From contig JAYTFR010000083.1 in assembly GCA_043734125.1 (NCBI GenBank), positions 13,868 to 77,867 of the forward strand: DNA of 64,000 nucleotides, read 5' to 3'. Position numbers and translations under genes: made by a program. Below, piece by piece: positions 7,882 through 16,263 of the stretch (the stretch's first letter is position 1; the number at the start of each line of letters is the position of its first letter). The notes below the pieces were generated by a model, which saw nothing but the letters and a program-made list of their open reading frames with translations, searched no databases and had not been told where the DNA came from. This stretch comes from Acidobacteriota bacterium (GTDB lineage: Bacteria > Acidobacteriota > Terriglobia > Terriglobales > Acidobacteriaceae).

Positions 7882-9450
7882 CTAGTGTTCCGCCGGCCGT
7901 TCTGTGACGAAGCGCCGGAAGAAGCTGTCACTCTTCCACTGCGGTGGTGGCGGGTTGTCCGCCACTTTCAGGGCAAGGGCGGACATCACATCCTCATACT
8001 TACCAGCGGAAGCGAGATCGACGGGTTGGTTGATGTCGTCCGAAGGCGCATGGTAACGCTCCGTCAGCCACGTCTTGGCGATGGCCTCTTCCGGCGTGCC
8101 TTTGACAACGCCCACCGACATGGCGAGTGACGGGATGCCTTGCCGGATGAAACTGTACTGGTCACTGCGCACAAATAAATTGCGGAGCGGCTCGGGATCG
8201 GCCTGAACTTCCACGCCCGACTGCTGCGCCACTTCGCGGGCTTCATCGCCCAAGTCGGACTCCGCCAGCCCCTGCACCGTGAGGACCTTCAGAGGAATGA
8301 TGGGCAAGAACATGTCGGTATTGATGTCCGCAATAATGGAGGAACGGGGAACGGTGGGGTGATTGGCAAAGTATTTTGAACCCAGCAGTCCTTTCTCTTC
8401 AGCCGTCACAAACAAGAACAACAGCGAACGCCGGGGCTTGGCTTTGGAACTGCGCAGCGCGGCAGCAAGGTCGAGCAGCAGGGCAGAGCCCGAGGCATTG
8501 TCCATAGCGCCGTTGTAAATACTGTCCCCATTGATGGGCTCACCTATCCCAAGGTGGTCGAGGTGGGCCGACAGCACGACATACTGATTCTTTAGCTTTG
8601 GGTCGCTGCCCGGAAACTTCGCCACGATGTTCGACGATTCGACTTTCTGAGAAATCAATTTAGCCTTTGCCCGAAGGCCGACCGCGAGCGGGAAACGCGG
8701 CAGCGGCTTGCGGTCTTTGGCGAGAGCGGCGAGCTCTGCAAATTCGTGACCTGATCCGGCGAAGAGCTTTTCAGCGCGGGCGGGATTGAATAGAACTGCC
8801 AGTTTGATTCCCTGAGTCTCGTCGAGGCTGGGATCGGCAATCACCATGCTTGGACGTTTGCGCGCGAGCGCATAGCGGGACCAGGGAACGTCCATGGATG
8901 CCGGGTTAGGGATGGCCACAGTTCCCACTGCTCCCAACTGCCTCAGCGTTCGGGTGCGCTCCGCGGTCGATTGGAAATGCGCGGCCAGCGCCGCCGACAG
9001 GTCTGCGGGCGATCCCGAGATGTACACAACAACCTTACCCCTGACATCAAGTCCGGCGAAGTCGTCGTAGTTTTTCTCTGGAACCCGCAAGCCGTACCCG
9101 ACGAACACCAGCGGCGCCTCCACTGCGGGCGCAAGGTCCACCCGCGTGCTGAACATTGCGTCTTTGCCAAGTACGAGTGGGCTGCGCGGGCTGTCGCCCG
9201 TCAGTTCCAGGCTGGACGCCGACTCGTCAATCTGCCGGCTGATGAATTGCACCGGCTGATAAAAGCCGTCCGTTCCAGCAGGCTCAAGCCCGCTTTTCTT
9301 CAGTTGCTCCACGACGTAGGCAGAAGCTTTGCGAAGGCCTGCGCTTCCGGTCTCGCGTCCTTCCATGTCATCAGAGGCCAGAACCTTTACATGCTCCCAC
9401 CAGCTCTTGCCGTCGAAGCTCAGGGAGTTGGGCGTTTTGTGCAAGGGCAA
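7882..9450 (-). CDS. M28 family metallopeptidase (PA domain-containing aminopeptidase); N-terminus apparently frameshifted
   Basis: HLDHLGIG, NGAMDNASGSA and FLFVTAEEKGLLGSKYF are M28 zinc-ligand motifs. In this frame the ORF has no ATG and no signal peptide. A perfect signal peptide lies in another frame just upstream (next feature). Confidence 0.85.
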   Translation of the reverse strand: MPLHKTPNSLSFDGKSWWEHVKVLASDDMEGRETGSAGLRKASAYVVEQLKKSGLEPAGTDGFYQPVQFISRQIDESASSLELTGDSPRSPLVLGKDAMFSTRVDLAPAVEAPLVFVGYGLRVPEKNYDDFAGLDVRGKVVVYISGSPADLSAALAAHFQSTAERTRTLRQLGAVGTVAIPNPASMDVPWSRYALARKRPSMVIADPSLDETQGIKLAVLFNPARAEKLFAGSGHEFAELAALAKDRKPLPRFPLAVGLRAKAKLISQKVESSNIVAKFPGSDPKLKNQYVVLSAHLDHLGIGEPINGDSIYNGAMDNASGSALLLDLAAALRSSKAKPRRSLLFLFVTAEEKGLLGSKYFANHPTVPRSSIIADINTDMFLPIIPLKVLTVQGLAESDLGDEAREVAQQSGVEVQADPEPLRNLFVRSDQYSFIRQGIPSLAMSVGVVKGTPEEAIAKTWLTERYHAPSDDINQPVDLASAGKYEDVMSALALKVADNPPPPQWKSDSFFRRFVTERPAEH

Positions 9451-9505
9451 TCGTTGCCAAAGCGACGGAGGAGCACGAGGCCAGAAGGGCGAAGCGTTTC
9501 AGCAT
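9371..9505 (-). other. Out-of-frame 44-codon ORF encoding the probable signal peptide of the M28 peptidase
   Basis: ATG at 9505: MLKRFALLASCSSVALATIALAQNAQ... Removing one A from the A4 run (T4 on the plus strand, 9435-9438) gives ...ATIALAQTPNSLSFDGKSWWEH, continuous with the peptidase frame. Confidence 0.6.
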
Positions 9506-9736
9506 GAGTCTTTTTCCTCGGGAGCGAAGTCGAGCTTCCTATATACGGAGCGGGGTGCAGTTAGTCAAATGGAGGGAGTGGTTGCGATTTCCTCTCAGGT
9601 GCAACAGCGCTGTTTGTTTTGAGCTAGACTTGCGAAATCTTCCCAACGAGGATAGGGAGCCAAAAGTTGTGACTCCGTGCTAAGGATCTGCGAATGCGAG
9701 GAACACGGATCATGCCCTGACCTGCGAAATCGAAGA

Positions 9737-11191
9737 TCAGGCCGCCTGTGTAGCTGCCATTGAAGGAGACTCGGGCAGAAACACCATGAACACCGTTCCA
9801 CTCGATCCCGAGACGGTGCGGCTGGCGACGCGCATCCAGCCCGAATGTTTTTGCGCAATGCCATAAGCGAGCCACAAACCAAGGCCGGTGCCGTTCTCCT
9901 TCTTGGTGGTGAAGAAGGGTTCGAAAATGTGTGGAAGGGCGACGGCTGCGATTCCGCTCCCCGTGTCTGCAATAGTGATGCGCACTCCCGGTCTTTGCTC
10001 GCCAGCCCACTCATGGGTGCGTACGACGCGTATGCGGAGCCGGCCGCCACCCTGCATCGCTTCGGTAGCGTTCAGGAGGAGGTTCGAGAAGAGTTGGCGC
10101 AATTCTCCTGGGAATCCGAGAATCTCGAGCTTCTCCTGCGTCTGCTTGTCGATGGTGATCAGGTTCTGCTGCAATTTGCGCAAATAGAGCTGGACGACTT
10201 CGTCGATGAGCCGCCCAGGATTGAGCTGTTCCGGGGCAGTCGTCTCGCGCACGAAGCCCAAAGCCTGCTGTGCGATCGAGTCGAGGCGACCGATCTCCTG
10301 CTCGGCGAGTCGCAGATACTCGTCGCGGCCGTTGGCGTCGCGGCGCGATAGGTAGACCAGATTGGTGAGCGCCTCAAGCGGATTTCTGATCTCGTGCGCG
10401 ATGGCCGCAGTTAATCTGCCTGCGGTGGCGAGGCGTTCATTCCTGCGCAAGGCTTCTTCCGTGCGCTTTTGCTGGCTGATGTCGCGGGCGATTGCAGAAG
10501 CTCCAACCAAATCACCGGCTTCATTGCGGATGGGAGAAACCGAAAGCAGAATGCGCAGGCGCGAACCGTTCTTGTGCACTCTTTCCGTTTCGTAGCTTCC
10601 CGCGCGCTCTTCGCGATTCAGGCGTTCAAGATTGCGCTCTTCTTCGCTCATGCGGTCCACAGGTACAAGAACTGCAAGTGGCCTGCCCACGATTTCGAGC
10701 GCGGTGTAACCGTAGAGCATTTCCGCGCCTCGATTCCAGCTGGTGACGATGCCATCCACGGTGAAGCTGATAATTGCGTCTTCCGAGTTGGTGACGATTG
10801 CGGCGAGCTGCTGCCGGATTTCATCTGTGCGGGTCTCGGCACGCGAACGCTGTCGCGCGAGCCCGGCAACCAGTACCGAGATGAGCATGAAGACGATCAG
10901 TCGCTGAAGCTCGATTTGGGTTATCGGTGCGGAAAGCGTTGAGCGGAACATGGAATAGTCCAGAAGGATCGCGGAAGTGAAAGTGGAGACCACCGCGGGA
11001 CCAAAGCCGTAAAAGCGAGCAATAAAGACGACAGCCAGAATGAAGATCGCAAACGGGTCTTGATGCATGACCGGCGAAAGCCGCCAAATGCACCACGAGA
11101 GCGCAGTTGCCGCAATGGCCGCCCCGTACCACGCCATACGATCGGACCAGCGCGGCTCAAAGCGATAGAGCGAGATGTAGCTCTTGATCAT
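9737..11191 (-). CDS. Sensor histidine kinase (DUF4118-like membrane domain, PAS, HisKA, HATPase_c)
   Basis: H-box AAIAHEIRNPLEAL, N-box LLLNATEAM, G1 DTGSGI, G2 GTGLGL. The PAS segment is NSEDAIISFTVDGIVTSWNRGAEMLYGY. The start is uncertain: ATG 11191 was chosen, and the track ORF runs to 11338. No response regulator is adjacent. Confidence 0.85.
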   Translation of the reverse strand: MIKSYISLYRFEPRWSDRMAWYGAAIAATALSWCIWRLSPVMHQDPFAIFILAVVFIARFYGFGPAVVSTFTSAILLDYSMFRSTLSAPITQIELQRLIVFMLISVLVAGLARQRSRAETRTDEIRQQLAAIVTNSEDAIISFTVDGIVTSWNRGAEMLYGYTALEIVGRPLAVLVPVDRMSEEERNLERLNREERAGSYETERVHKNGSRLRILLSVSPIRNEAGDLVGASAIARDISQQKRTEEALRRNERLATAGRLTAAIAHEIRNPLEALTNLVYLSRRDANGRDEYLRLAEQEIGRLDSIAQQALGFVRETTAPEQLNPGRLIDEVVQLYLRKLQQNLITIDKQTQEKLEILGFPGELRQLFSNLLLNATEAMQGGGRLRIRVVRTHEWAGEQRPGVRITIADTGSGIAAVALPHIFEPFFTTKKENGTGLGLWLAYGIAQKHSGWMRVASRTVSGSSGTVFMVFLPESPSMAATQAA

Positions 11192-11337
11192 CAGAGAGAA
11201 ACCCGGACGGTGATTTAGAAGAAGCGGCGGGACCAGCGCTTGCGATCTGAGAACTCTAGCACGAATTCCGGGCCATGCAGTACACCAGAAGGCAAAAAAA
11301 ACGCGGCTCGCGCCGCGCTTCGGTGCAAGATTTTTCA

Positions 11338-12462
11338 CTATTGCGGGGGCTGGTCGTTGACTTCCATCTTCTGTCCCGATCGTGCGGGCTTAGTCGTGGG
11401 TACTAAAGTAACCGGCTGTTGCAACGAAAACGTCAGAATCCGTTCGGAGGATAGTTTGATGTCGGGTTTTTTGCTGGCGGCTTGCACGCCGCCGCCGGCT
11501 CCGGCTCCTGCGACGGATCCAATGGCCGCGCCCTTTCCTCCGCCGAAGATTCCACCGAGGATGGCTCCGGCTATTGCACCGCCGCCGACTTTCTCGGCGG
11601 TGTTCTTGCCGCGCGATCCTGTCTCCTGCTTGAAGTGATCGGTCTCGACGTTGTACCAGTGGTCACCGACTTTGATTCTGTCGAGCTGCAATTCGAGTAA
11701 CGCGCGTCCGGCGAATTTTCCTGAAGCCTGCGCAGCCACAACGTGGCCTTCGACGTCATAGTGCGCCGGAACCACGACTTCACCATCGATGGCGATGGGA
11801 GAATCGAGCGTGGCGTGGAAAGTGTCACCGGTCTGCGCGGTCGCGCTGTCAATGGCGTCAACCAAGCGAACCGGCAACTGGGTTCCGGAGGGAACGGTCA
11901 CCTTTGCCGGGGCTGGAGGAGGCGGAGGCGGTGCGTTCTGCGGAACCGATGCAGGTGCAGCGGCGGGCGCTGGCGAACTCATAGCAGCGGGCGGGGCTGG
12001 CGCAGGCGCTGGCGCGGATCCCTCCTGATCGTAAGACGATTTGTGATGATTTTTCGCTCGCGGCAAAGGCCGATCATAATTCGCAGAGGGCGCGGGTTTT
12101 GAAGCTGGGGACGACGGCTCAGCGTTCATTCCAGCATTTCCCGGGTCCTGCGGCGCAGCCATTGCGGCCATGGGTGCGACTTGAAGATTGTTGACCACCT
12201 GCTTCACTCCCGGCGCCGCAGCAGCATATCTGGCGGCGGCATCCCGTTGGGCGTCATTCTCAACCGTGCCGGAAAGCGTAACCGAGCCTTTGTCGCTTTG
12301 CACTCCGATCTGTTTATTCTGAAGGCCGGAGTCCGAGGCAAGCCTGGACTGAATATCGGAGGCGATCTGAGCGTCATTCACGGCCTTAGTGCAGGCGGCC
12401 GCCAGCGTCAGAGCCAGCGCAAGCGAAAGCATACGCAAAAAGAGAGAGGATCTCATCTTCAT
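11338..12462 (-). CDS. BON domain lipoprotein with Pro/Ala-rich linker and C-terminal glycine-zipper
   Basis: Lipobox LAAAC. BON-like DIQSRLASDSGLQNKQIGVQSDKGSVTLSGTVENDAQRDAA...VKQVVNNLQV. PAPAPAPP low-complexity linker. GGGAIAGAILGGIFGGGKGAAIGSVAGAGAGGG. AGGAG lies 8 nt upstream of the ATG. Confidence 0.75.
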   Translation of the reverse strand: MKMRSSLFLRMLSLALALTLAAACTKAVNDAQIASDIQSRLASDSGLQNKQIGVQSDKGSVTLSGTVENDAQRDAAARYAAAAPGVKQVVNNLQVAPMAAMAAPQDPGNAGMNAEPSSPASKPAPSANYDRPLPRAKNHHKSSYDQEGSAPAPAPAPPAAMSSPAPAAAPASVPQNAPPPPPPAPAKVTVPSGTQLPVRLVDAIDSATAQTGDTFHATLDSPIAIDGEVVVPAHYDVEGHVVAAQASGKFAGRALLELQLDRIKVGDHWYNVETDHFKQETGSRGKNTAEKVGGGAIAGAILGGIFGGGKGAAIGSVAGAGAGGGVQAASKKPDIKLSSERILTFSLQQPVTLVPTTKPARSGQKMEVNDQPPQ

Positions 12463-12561
12463 GATTTGTACTCCTGATAATTTCGAGGGACCTTCGTATA
12501 AGTTTAGATGCAGGATGGCCGGGGTTGCACAAAAATCAGACGCTCGATTGTACTTTCTATG

Positions 12562-13137
12562 TCAGTGAATGAATTTGTAATCGAGGATCGAGGCGGCAAA
12601 TTCGTGCTCGGGACTATCCTCGCGGGCGCTTTTCATCCTGATGATTCGGCCCTGGCACAGGACGCGGCTGTTCTTCTGGCCGGAAATCTCCTCCGGCATC
12701 TCGAAAACCATTTCCACCAAAGTATTTTCTGGAAACCTCTGCGGGCCCTTGAGCAGCACGCCCGACTGGCTCAGGTTCTGGATAACGCCCTCGCTCCAAG
12801 AGCCAAGGTTTTTCACGCGATAACGGGCGGGAGCATCCATCTTGATTCTGCGCGCCCGGGGAACCCACGTGGGTTTGCGGGCATGCGTCCGCCGCTTCGG
12901 CGTAGCCGACGCTTCTCCAGTTTCGGGCTTGACGCGCTCGGTGCGGCGCATGGTCGCCCAGTCATACTTGTACTCAGCCGCGCAGACCAGGCAAACCTGG
13001 TAGAACTCGCCGTCGGCAGCGCGGCGAGGCCAGGAAAACTCGTGGGAGCACCGGCCTAACAGGAGAACGTCGAGCAGTTTTTGTGGCATGGCGGTTCCGG
13101 ACTGCCGGCCAGGCGCACCGGCAAACTCATGATGCAC
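12562..13137 (-). CDS. PilZ domain protein with N-terminal CxH...CxxC zinc-ribbon-like segment
   Basis: The C-terminal half carries PRARRIKMD...NLSQSGVLL (D/NxSxxG PilZ motif). The N-terminal part is CSHEF...CLVCAAEYKYDW. An alternative ATG start lies at 13089. Confidence 0.6.
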   Translation of the reverse strand: MHHEFAGAPGRQSGTAMPQKLLDVLLLGRCSHEFSWPRRAADGEFYQVCLVCAAEYKYDWATMRRTERVKPETGEASATPKRRTHARKPTWVPRARRIKMDAPARYRVKNLGSWSEGVIQNLSQSGVLLKGPQRFPENTLVEMVFEMPEEISGQKNSRVLCQGRIIRMKSAREDSPEHEFAASILDYKFIH

Positions 13138-13241
13138 GGAAACGTTGAACAGCGGTAGGTTACTTTCGTGTGAGTATGGAAGCGGATGTGTCTGCCGCCG
13201 TGGTGGCCGCGCGAGAACTGCCCGGACTGTATCATTTCCTT

Positions 13242-13847
13242 ATGGCATCGGTTACCGGGTTCGTGCTTGCCGGGGGTAAGAGCGCGCGGATGGGCAGGGA
13301 CAAGGCGTTCCTGGCGGCGTCGGGACGTTCGCTGCTCGCGAACGCGCTCGAACTGGCTGGTAGCGTGGCCGCGGAAGTCAGAATTGTGGGCGAAGGCGCG
13401 AAATTTTCAGGGTTCGGGGCAGTGGTCGAGGACGTATACCGAGACCGCGGCCCTCTGGGGGGAATTCACGCCGCCCTCGAAAGTTCCCAGACAGAAATGA
13501 ACCTGGTTCTCGCGGTGGATTTACCTTTCTTGGACGCACAATTCTTGCACTATATGATCGCCGCCGCCAATGGGAGCGAGGCGCTGGTTACGGTGGCGCG
13601 TATAGGGACGTATTACGAGCCGCTGTGCGCGGTTTACCGCCGGCAATTCGCTTCGCTGGCCGCTGCCGCTCTGGCTGCAAACCGCAACAAGGTCGATGCC
13701 CTTTTCGCGGGAATTCCGTTGCGCGTAATTGGCGATCAGGAACTCGAACGCAACGGCTTCTCTACTTCCATGTTTAGAAACATGAACACGCCTGCGGAAT
13801 GGAGACAGGCCCAGCATGAATTTGCTCGCCCCGACGATGTATCATGA
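13242..13847 (+). CDS. mobA: Molybdenum cofactor guanylyltransferase
   Basis: GFVLAGGKSARMGRDKAFL, RGPLGGIHAAL and LVLAVDLPFL are classic MobA motifs. I moved the start to MASVTG; the track ORF begins at 13170. Confidence 0.85.
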   Translation: MASVTGFVLAGGKSARMGRDKAFLAASGRSLLANALELAGSVAAEVRIVGEGAKFSGFGAVVEDVYRDRGPLGGIHAALESSQTEMNLVLAVDLPFLDAQFLHYMIAAANGSEALVTVARIGTYYEPLCAVYRRQFASLAAAALAANRNKVDALFAGIPLRVIGDQELERNGFSTSMFRNMNTPAEWRQAQHEFARPDDVS

Positions 13848-13865
13848 GCGCCAGATTGACCCTCT

Positions 13866-14666
13866 ATGAGTGACTTCGCATCCATCGATGCTGCTGCGGT
13901 AGATGCATCAACGGACCAGACCCCTTACATCGAGTTCAAGGACATTTCCAAGGCGTTCGGCGACAAACACGTTCTGCGTGAGGTGAGCTTCGTGGTCAAC
14001 CCTGCGGAAACCGTCTGTATTCTCGGTCGCAGCGGAGTGGGAAAATCGGTGGCACTACAGAACATCATGGGATTTCTGCGGCCAGACTCTGGCCGCATCA
14101 TTGTCGCGCATGAGGACGTGACCGATTATTCCGAGCGCGAGATGGAGAGAATCCGCAAGAAGGTCACTATGGTCTTTCAGAGCGGCGCGTTGTTTGATTC
14201 GCTGACGGTGGGCGAAAATGTAGCGTTTCCGCTGCGCGAACGCAATGACCTGAGTGAAGATCAGATCCTGCAGATTGTTTCGGGACTCCTCGAAATGGTC
14301 GGCGTCAAGCAAATGGCGGATCAGTTTCCGGCAGAGCTTTCAACCGGGATGAAACGCTCGGTGGCGATTGCGAGGGCCCTGGCTCTGCAGCCGGAATGCG
14401 TGCTGTACGACGAGCCTACCACCATGGTCGATCCGCTCATGGCGCAACTCTTGGGCGACCTGATGAAACGGCTGAAGATCCAGCTGCACCTTACCAGCGT
14501 GGTGGTCACTCACGACATGAGGCTAGCCAAGAAACTTGCCGACCGGGTGGTGTTCCTGTACGAGGGCCGCGTGCTGTTCTATGGAACCTATCCTGAGATG
14601 GAAAAGTGCGATGAGCCGATCGTGCAGGAGTTTCTGAAACTGGATGATTTGGACCTGGGGGCGTAA
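13866..14666 (+). CDS. ABC transporter ATP-binding protein (MlaF/Ttg2A-like)
   Basis: Walker A GRSGVGKS, signature LSTGMKRSVAIARAL, Walker B VLYDEPTTMVDP, H-loop VTHD. No permease or substrate-binding gene is adjacent. Confidence 0.85.
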   Translation: MSDFASIDAAAVDASTDQTPYIEFKDISKAFGDKHVLREVSFVVNPAETVCILGRSGVGKSVALQNIMGFLRPDSGRIIVAHEDVTDYSEREMERIRKKVTMVFQSGALFDSLTVGENVAFPLRERNDLSEDQILQIVSGLLEMVGVKQMADQFPAELSTGMKRSVAIARALALQPECVLYDEPTTMVDPLMAQLLGDLMKRLKIQLHLTSVVVTHDMRLAKKLADRVVFLYEGRVLFYGTYPEMEKCDEPIVQEFLKLDDLDLGA

Positions 14667-14683
14667 AGTAAAGTTCCCCCACG

Positions 14684-15084
14684 TCACTGATTCGGGATCT
14701 GAAATGCACCTGGGATTCTCTTGTCGAGCGTTGCCAAGGTTATCCCGTGTGCCTTAGCCACTTGCATCAGATGCCCGTCAGTGACCTGGCCCGGAGCCTT
14801 TACCCACCCCGGCAAACGGGAAATATCGCTGTCGTCCGCAAGAAAAATGCAGTCTAAAGCCGGTATCGCTCGCCAGTGAAGGAGCAGTGTGCGCGCGTCA
14901 GGTACCGTGATCCCGTATTGCTGCGTCTGAAGCCGAATTCCGTGATCGCACACGTTGCCAGAGATGGTTTTCCGGCGGCAACCCATTTCGCAACCCGGGC
15001 GTGAAACTCGTGTCCAAGGAATCCGAGCGCCACCCGGAACCTTCGCAGTTGCGGCGATGAAGCGGTCCGCTGGGCCAGAGGCAA
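14684..15084 (-). pseudogene. Decayed VapC-type PIN-domain toxin (frameshifted, no antitoxin gene)
   Basis: The N-terminal-like segment VALGFLGHEFHARVAKWVAAGKPSLATCAITEFGFRR is in one frame (track ORF 14854-15084). The C-terminal-like segment VPDARTLLLHW...PGQVTDGHLMQVAKAHGITLATLDKRI is in another (14684-14986). The junction is near 14905-14925. The usual N-terminal LLDxNV acidic motif is degenerate (QLRRFRV). The fragment starts 13 nt after the glsA stop, which leaves no room for an antitoxin. Confidence 0.6.
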
Positions 15085-15097
15085 ATGGCGGGAAGGG

Positions 15098-16063
15098 TTA
15101 GATCAGGGCCTGCACGAAGCTTGACCCCACATTGGTGAACTCGAAGGCATGCAGTCCGAGACGGCTCGCGAGTTCGCGGCAAGCGAGGATTCCGCGGACG
15201 CTGTTGCCTTTGGCATCGAGTTTCGGAGAATAGACGGAAATCCCGAGTTGCCGGTTGACAACGGCGAGCATTCCGCCGGAAACGCCGCTCTTCGCGGGAA
15301 GCCCCACATGGTAGGCCCATTCGCCCGCGTGATCGTACAGGCCGCAAGTGAACATTACGGAAAGCACGTCTTTAATGTACTGGAAATCGAAAACCGTCTC
15401 TCGCGTCACCGGATTGGTTCCCATGTTGGCCAGCGTTGCGGCCATCAAAGCCAGATCGCGGCAATTCACCAGCAGCGAACATTGCGAAAAGTACTGATGG
15501 AGAGTGTGGTTGACATCTTCATCGATGACGCCAAAATTCAGCATGAGATATGCAATGGCGCGATTGCGATTGCCGGTCTTCGATTCGGATGCGAGCACCG
15601 CGCCGTCCATGGTCAACCTGCGTCCCGCGGCGAGTTGCATTTTCTCCATAAAGTGGCGGACGCCGGCGGCAGGGGAATCTTTTTTGATCAAAGAGGCGAC
15701 TGCGATGGCTCCCGCGTTCACCATAGGGTTGTATGGCCGCATGCCGTTCGGATCGAGTTCAATGGAGTTGAAGGCTTCTCCGCTGGGCTCGACACCCACG
15801 TGCGCGAGCGTTCCCTCGCGGCCAAATTCTTCCAGCGCCAACTGGTAGGCGAAGGGCTTGCAGATGGACTGAATGGTGAATTCCTTTGACCAGTCGCCGG
15901 CGGAGAAGACTTGACCATCCACTGTCGCGACGCAGACTGCGAAATCGTCGGGATTCGCCTTCCCCAGTTCCGGAATATAGGTCGCGACCTGGCCTTCATT
16001 GACCGTCGCGTACTTCTCGTAAGTAAGCTCGACGACTTCCTGAAGGTTCAGCGAATCTGACAT
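15098..16063 (-). CDS. glsA: Glutaminase A
   Basis: 321 aa: YIPELGKANPDDFAVCVATVDGQ...FTIQSICKPFAY...MVNAGAIA...GLPAKSGVSGG. These are serine-dependent glutaminase motifs. Confidence 0.92.
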   Translation of the reverse strand: MSDSLNLQEVVELTYEKYATVNEGQVATYIPELGKANPDDFAVCVATVDGQVFSAGDWSKEFTIQSICKPFAYQLALEEFGREGTLAHVGVEPSGEAFNSIELDPNGMRPYNPMVNAGAIAVASLIKKDSPAAGVRHFMEKMQLAAGRRLTMDGAVLASESKTGNRNRAIAYLMLNFGVIDEDVNHTLHQYFSQCSLLVNCRDLALMAATLANMGTNPVTRETVFDFQYIKDVLSVMFTCGLYDHAGEWAYHVGLPAKSGVSGGMLAVVNRQLGISVYSPKLDAKGNSVRGILACRELASRLGLHAFEFTNVGSSFVQALI

Positions 16064-16263
16064 GGGCGCGGTGGTTCCTTATGGAGCGACACGCATGCGG
16101 ACTTCCTTAGGGAAGCTGCGCTACTTTATGAAATGCAAGGTTCCGCGAAGCGCGGGAATGTACGAAGTGACAGTAGAGTAACGCGGGGCCGTCGGATTTC
16201 CTTATTGAAGTTTCTTATTGGAGCGATGGGTTGCGGGTTATTGCAAGCCGGGCAGGGGAAGCG

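Noticed and set aside
14898-15347. 149-aa minus-strand ORF spanning the glsA 3-prime end and the vapC remnant.
   Set aside because: It overlaps glsA out of frame, is Arg-rich, and has no recognisable domain.
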